DNA from: Thermoleophilia bacterium
GTDB taxonomy: Bacteria > Actinomycetota > Thermoleophilia > UBA2241
NCBI GenBank assembly: GCA_035464075.1
Contig: DATHSP010000159.1
Location: 1-36,004, forward strand
Reading direction: 5' to 3'
DNA length: 36,004 nt
Shown here one piece after another: positions 31,046 through 36,004 of the stretch; position 1 is the stretch's first letter; the number at the start of each line of letters is the position of its first letter. The notes below the pieces were generated by a model. It made no database searches. It saw nothing but the letters and a program-made list of their open reading frames with translations, and was not told the DNA's origin. Both the position numbers and the translations under genes were made by a program.

Positions 31046-32128
31046 TCAGACGCGCTCGGCCACGAGGTCGCCGACCTCGCACGTCGAGTAGCCCATCTGG
31101 CCGGAGGCCATGCCCTTCATCTTCGTGCCGGTGACCTCGGCCACGGCGCGCTCGACGTCCTGCGCCGCCCGGCTCTCGCCCAGCGTGTCGAGCATCATCG
31201 CGCCGGCCACGATGGCGGCGACGGGGTTGATCACGCCCAGGCCCGTGTACTTGGGCGCCGACCCGCCGATGGGCTCGAACATGCTGACGCCCTCGGGGTT
31301 GATGTTGCCCCCGGCCGCGACACCCATCCCGCCCTGGGTGATGGCACCCAGGTCGGTGATGATGTCGCCGAACATGTTGCCGGTCACGAGGACGTCGAAC
31401 CACTCCGGGCTCTTGACCATCCACATGCAGGTGGCGTCGACGTGGTAGTACTCGCGCTTGACGTCCGGGTACTCCTCCTCGCCGATCTCGTTGAAACGGC
31501 GGAACCAGAGGTCGTAGACGTACGTCAGCACGTTGGTCTTGCCCACGAGGCCGAGGGTGTTGTCGGAGCCGCTGCCGCGCGCCTTCCGGCCGTGCTGGCG
31601 CGCGTACTCGAACGCCCAGCGCAGGCAGCGGTCGACCTGGGCGCGGCTGTACAGCATGTTCTGCACGGCGACTTCGTGCGGCGTGCCCTTCATCATCACG
31701 CCGCCGCCGCCGGCGTAGACGTCGCCGGAGTTCTCGCGGACCACGGTGTAGTCGATCTCCTTGGGGCCCTTGTCCTTCAGCGGAGTCTCGACCCCGGGGT
31801 AGAGACGCACGGGGCGCAGGTTGATGTACTGGTCCAGCTCGAAGCGCAGGCGGAGGAGCAGGCCCTTCTCGAGGATGCCGGGCGCGACGTCCGGGTGGCC
31901 GATGGCGCCGAGGTAGATCGAGTCGACGCCCTTGAGCTCGTCGACGGCCGCGTCCGGCAGGATCTCACCCGTGCGCAGGTAGCGCTCGCCGCCCAGGTCG
32001 TAGTGCGTCAGGTCGAGCGCGAACCGGTGCTTGGCGGCGGCGGCCTGCAGGACCTTCAACCCTTCGGCGACCACCTCGGGCCCCGTGCCGTCGCCCGGCA
32101 GCACCGCGATCTTGTACGTCCTCCCCAT
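31046..32128 (-). CDS. leuB: 3-isopropylmalate dehydrogenase
   Basis: Trimmed to ATG 32128 (MGRTYKIAVLPGDGTGPEV), with GAGGG upstream. Contains LRLRFELDQYINLRPVRLYPG, NMFGDIITDLGA and MFEPIGGSAPKY. It resembles the actinobacterial LeuB type. 360 aa. Confidence 0.92.
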   Translation of the reverse strand: MGRTYKIAVLPGDGTGPEVVAEGLKVLQAAAAKHRFALDLTHYDLGGERYLRTGEILPDAAVDELKGVDSIYLGAIGHPDVAPGILEKGLLLRLRFELDQYINLRPVRLYPGVETPLKDKGPKEIDYTVVRENSGDVYAGGGGVMMKGTPHEVAVQNMLYSRAQVDRCLRWAFEYARQHGRKARGSGSDNTLGLVGKTNVLTYVYDLWFRRFNEIGEEEYPDVKREYYHVDATCMWMVKSPEWFDVLVTGNMFGDIITDLGAITQGGMGVAAGGNINPEGVSMFEPIGGSAPKYTGLGVINPVAAIVAGAMMLDTLGESRAAQDVERAVAEVTGTKMKGMASGQMGYSTCEVGDLVAERV

Positions 32129-32270
32129 GATCCCTCTCTCTGATGACGAATGGGCTTGCACTGTATCCCTGTCCGTCCGGCGCGCGCCGCTCAGGCGCAG
32201 CCCGGCGTGGCGGCGGCGCAGAGCGGTGCGCCTGCGGCGCCCCGCTCGACCGCTCGCCTGCGGTGGCCCT

Positions 32271-32777
32271 TCACGCGCCGGCCTCGTTCTCGAGCCGGCG
32301 GCGTACGTACGGCAGCAGGCCGCCGCTCTCGACCAGCTCGCGCATGAACTCCGGGTAGGCGTCGGCGGCGTACGTCGCGCCCTTCGTGAGGTTGTCGACC
32401 CGGCCGGCGACGACGTCGACCCGGAGCCGGTCGCCGGCCTCGGCCTCGCGTACGGCCTCAGGGCAGACCACGATCGGCAGCCCGGTGTTGAAGGCGTTGC
32501 GGTAGAAGATGCGCGCGAACGAGGCGGCGACCACGCAGCTCACACCGGCGGCCTTGATCGCCACCGGGGCGTGCTCGCGCGAGCTGCCGCAGCCGAAGTT
32601 CTCGCCGGCGACGATGATGTCGCCCGGCTTCACCCGGGCGACGAACCCGGCGTCGATGTCCTCCATGCAGTGGGAGGCGAGTTCGGCGGGGTCGCTCGTG
32701 TTGAGGTAGCGGGCCGGGATGATGACGTCGGTGTCGACGTCGCGGCCGTACTTGTGGACCGTGCCCTCGAAGATCAT
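32271..32777 (-). CDS. leuD: 3-isopropylmalate dehydratase small subunit (short, type 2)
   Basis: 168 aa with [11 protein letters not shown] and [14 protein letters not shown]. Confidence 0.93.
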   Translation of the reverse strand: MIFEGTVHKYGRDVDTDVIIPARYLNTSDPAELASHCMEDIDAGFVARVKPGDIIVAGENFGCGSSREHAPVAIKAAGVSCVVAASFARIFYRNAFNTGLPIVVCPEAVREAEAGDRLRVDVVAGRVDNLTKGATYAADAYPEFMRELVESGGLLPYVRRRLENEAGA

Positions 32778-32780
32778 CGC

Positions 32781-34075
32781 TCAGCCCTCCGCCGCGGCGG
32801 CGGCGACCATGTCGGGGGTGGCGACGTGGCCGGCGATCGCCGAAGCCGCCGCCACGTAGGGGTTGGCGAGGTAGACCTCGCTCTCCGGGTGCCCCATGCG
32901 CCCGACGAAGTTGCGGTTGGTGGTGGCGACGGCGCGCTCGCCGGCGGCGAGCACGCCCATGTGGCCGCCGAGGCAGGCGCCGCAGGTCGGCGTCGAGAAG
33001 GCGGCGCCGGCCTCGACCAGCGCCTGCATCGTGCCGTCGCGGCTCGCGGCGAGGAAGACCTCCTGCGAGCCGGGCAGGATGATGAGACGCACGTCGCGGT
33101 GCACGCGGCGGCCGCGCAGCACGCCGGCCGCCTGCTGCAGGTCGGCCAGCCGGCCGTTGGTGCAGGAGCCGATGACGACCTGGTCGATGCGCACGTCCGC
33201 GAGCTCGGCGGCCGGCGCCGTGTTCGACGGCAGATGCGGCCGCGAGACCGTCGGCGGCACGGCGGCGGCGTCGATCTCGACGACCTCCGCGTACGCGGCG
33301 TCCGGGTCGCTCGCGAAGACCTGGCCGGCCGTGCGCGCCCGGCTGCCCTCGGGCCGGCCCTCGAGGTAGCTCGTCGTCTTCGCGTCGCAGCCGACGATGC
33401 CGCTCTTGGCGCCGGCCTCGATCGCCATGTTGCACATGCTGAAACGGCCGTCCATGGAGAGCGTCTCGATGGCGTCGCCGGAGAACTCCATCGCCTTGTA
33501 GAGCGCGCCGTCGACGCCGATCAGGCCGATGGTGTGCAGCATCAGGTCCTTGCCCACGACCCACCGCGGCGGGCGGCCGTGGTAGACGAAACGGATCGTC
33601 TCGGGGACCCGCAGCCACACCCGGCCCCAGGCCATCGCGGCGGCGAAGTCGGTCGAGCCGACGCCGGTCGAGAAGGCGGCCACGGCGCCGTAGGTGCAGG
33701 TGTGCGAGTCGGCGCCGATCACGAGGTCGCCCGGGGCGACGAGGCCCATGTCGGGCAGGATCACGTGCTCGATGCCGACGCGGCCGGTCTCGAAGAAGTG
33801 CTCGACGCCGTGCCGGCGGGCGAACTCGCGCATGCGCTTCACCTGGCCCGCCGACTTGATGTCCTTGTTGGGCGTGAAGTGGTCGGGCACGAGGGCGATG
33901 CGGGCCGGGTCGAAGACCTTCGTGAACCCGGCCTTCTCGAACTCGTCCATCGCCAGTGGCGCGGTGATGTCGTTGGCCAGGGCGAGGTCGACCTCGGCCT
34001 CGACGATCTCGCCGGCCACGACGCGGTCGCGGCCGGCGGCCCGGGCGAGGATCTTCTCGGTGATCGTGTGCGCCA

Positions 34076-34076
<1 letters not shown>
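32781..34076 (-). CDS. leuC: 3-isopropylmalate dehydratase large subunit (type 2)
   Basis: Trimmed to ATG 34076 (MAHTITEKILARAAG), which overlaps the leuA stop by 1 nt. Aconitase-family Fe-S ligand motifs are GADSHTCTYGA, GSCTNGR and TPTCGACLG. 431 aa. Confidence 0.93.
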
Positions 34077-35653
<1,577 letters not shown>

Positions 35654-35749
35654 GAGAGCCTCACTTCCCCCGCGGCGTCGCGTGACGGCACGGCGAAGGT
35701 CGGTGCGTCGGTACCGGATGGAAGGGTGGCCGCAGCGGCCGGCAGGTGT

Positions 35750-35857
35750 CTACACATCCCCCCGGAGGGGGAGCAGCAGCAGGTCGCCGAGGAGGACGCG
35801 GGCGCGTACCCCAATGTGGGGCTCCCGGGCGGACTCGCTTGTGACAGCGCGACACAT
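35750..35857 (-). CDS. Leu-rich leader peptide (leuL-like attenuator ORF), 35 codons
   Basis: Too short for the ORF track. ATG 35857 to TAG 35750 encodes MCRAVTSESAREPHIGVRARVLLGDLLLLPLRGDV. Seven of the ten codons 22-31 are Leu, including CTG CTG CTG CTC in a row. The ATG is 9 nt after a TAGAAT box, and the ORF sits 96 nt upstream of leuA. Confidence 0.55.
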   Translation of the reverse strand: MCRAVTSESAREPHIGVRARVLLGDLLLLPLRGDV

Positions 35858-35866
35858 GGTCCGAAG

Positions 35867-35896
35867 ATTCTACGCGCACGCCGCGAGTGGGCGCAA
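35867..35896 (-). promoter_or_regulatory. Candidate promoter of the leu operon (TTGCGC-N18-TAGAAT)
   Basis: The - strand reads gatgcTTGCGCccactcgcggcgtgcgcgTAGAATcttcggaccATG. The -35-like element is at 35891-35896 and the -10 at 35867-35872. Confidence 0.5.
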
Positions 35897-35945
35897 GCAT
35901 CACGCTCGCCCGCGGGCGCGAGCCGGGCCCGCGGCAGGGCGGCGT

Positions 35946-35979
35946 GGGGTGCGGGGACCGCCGCCGGTCTCCGCACCCC
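35946..35979. terminator. GC hairpin upstream of the leu promoter (possible terminator of the gene beyond the right edge)
   Basis: ggggtgcggggacc (35946-35959) pairs with ggtctccgcacccc (35966-35979): 14 bp with one mismatch and a 6-nt loop. There is no U-tract, so function is uncertain. Confidence 0.4.
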
Positions 35980-36004
35980 GGGACACGCGCGGCGGCGGCC
36001 CCGG

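Noticed and set aside
35654-35749. T-box or other RNA leader upstream of leuA.
   Set aside because: No specifier-loop or T-box consensus is visible. The Leu-run leader ORF immediately upstream gives a simpler explanation.

Overview
Very GC-rich window (by eye well above 70% G+C, with codon third positions almost all G/C). It looks like ordinary chromosomal core from an actinobacterium-like organism. The wecA / atp operon / murA order and an LAxTG (class E sortase) sorting signal fit Actinobacteria; the exact taxon cannot be determined from this sequence. Apart from one small + strand gene (658-1020), every gene is on the - strand in a long, tightly packed co-directional array. Read 5'->3' on the - strand (35.9 kb down to 1.2 kb), the blocks are: (1) promoter, Leu-rich leader peptide, leuA-leuC-leuD, leuB, ilvE, cimA, FAH-family protein; (2) promoter, dnaE-hisZ-hisG-hisD-hisB-hisH-hisA-hisF-tsaC; (3) promoter, rpiB-glyA-dCMP deaminase-wecA-atpZ/atpI-atpBEFHAGDC-murA-LCP-degenerate LCP paralog. 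A partial membrane-protein gene runs off the left edge. Many ORF-track entries are antisense or out-of-frame artefacts of the high GC content. Several real genes had to be trimmed to internal ATG/GTG starts, most of which overlap the upstream stop by 4 nt (ATGA/GTGA). I found no tRNA/rRNA genes, CRISPR array, transposase, integrase, toxin-antitoxin pair or recognisable defence genes, and no compositional island. I therefore see no evidence for a novel multi-gene system here. The items worth a second look are small-scale: a Leu-codon leader peptide upstream of leuA; a tiny sortase-anchored acidic protein with an EF-hand-like loop; an in-frame 18-nt x6 tandem repeat inside hisF; a catalytically degenerate LCP paralog; a C-terminal extension on ATP synthase alpha; a FAH-family gene coupled to cimA with a repeat-containing Pro-rich 5' extension; and recurring TAGAAT -10 boxes placed very close to start codons.
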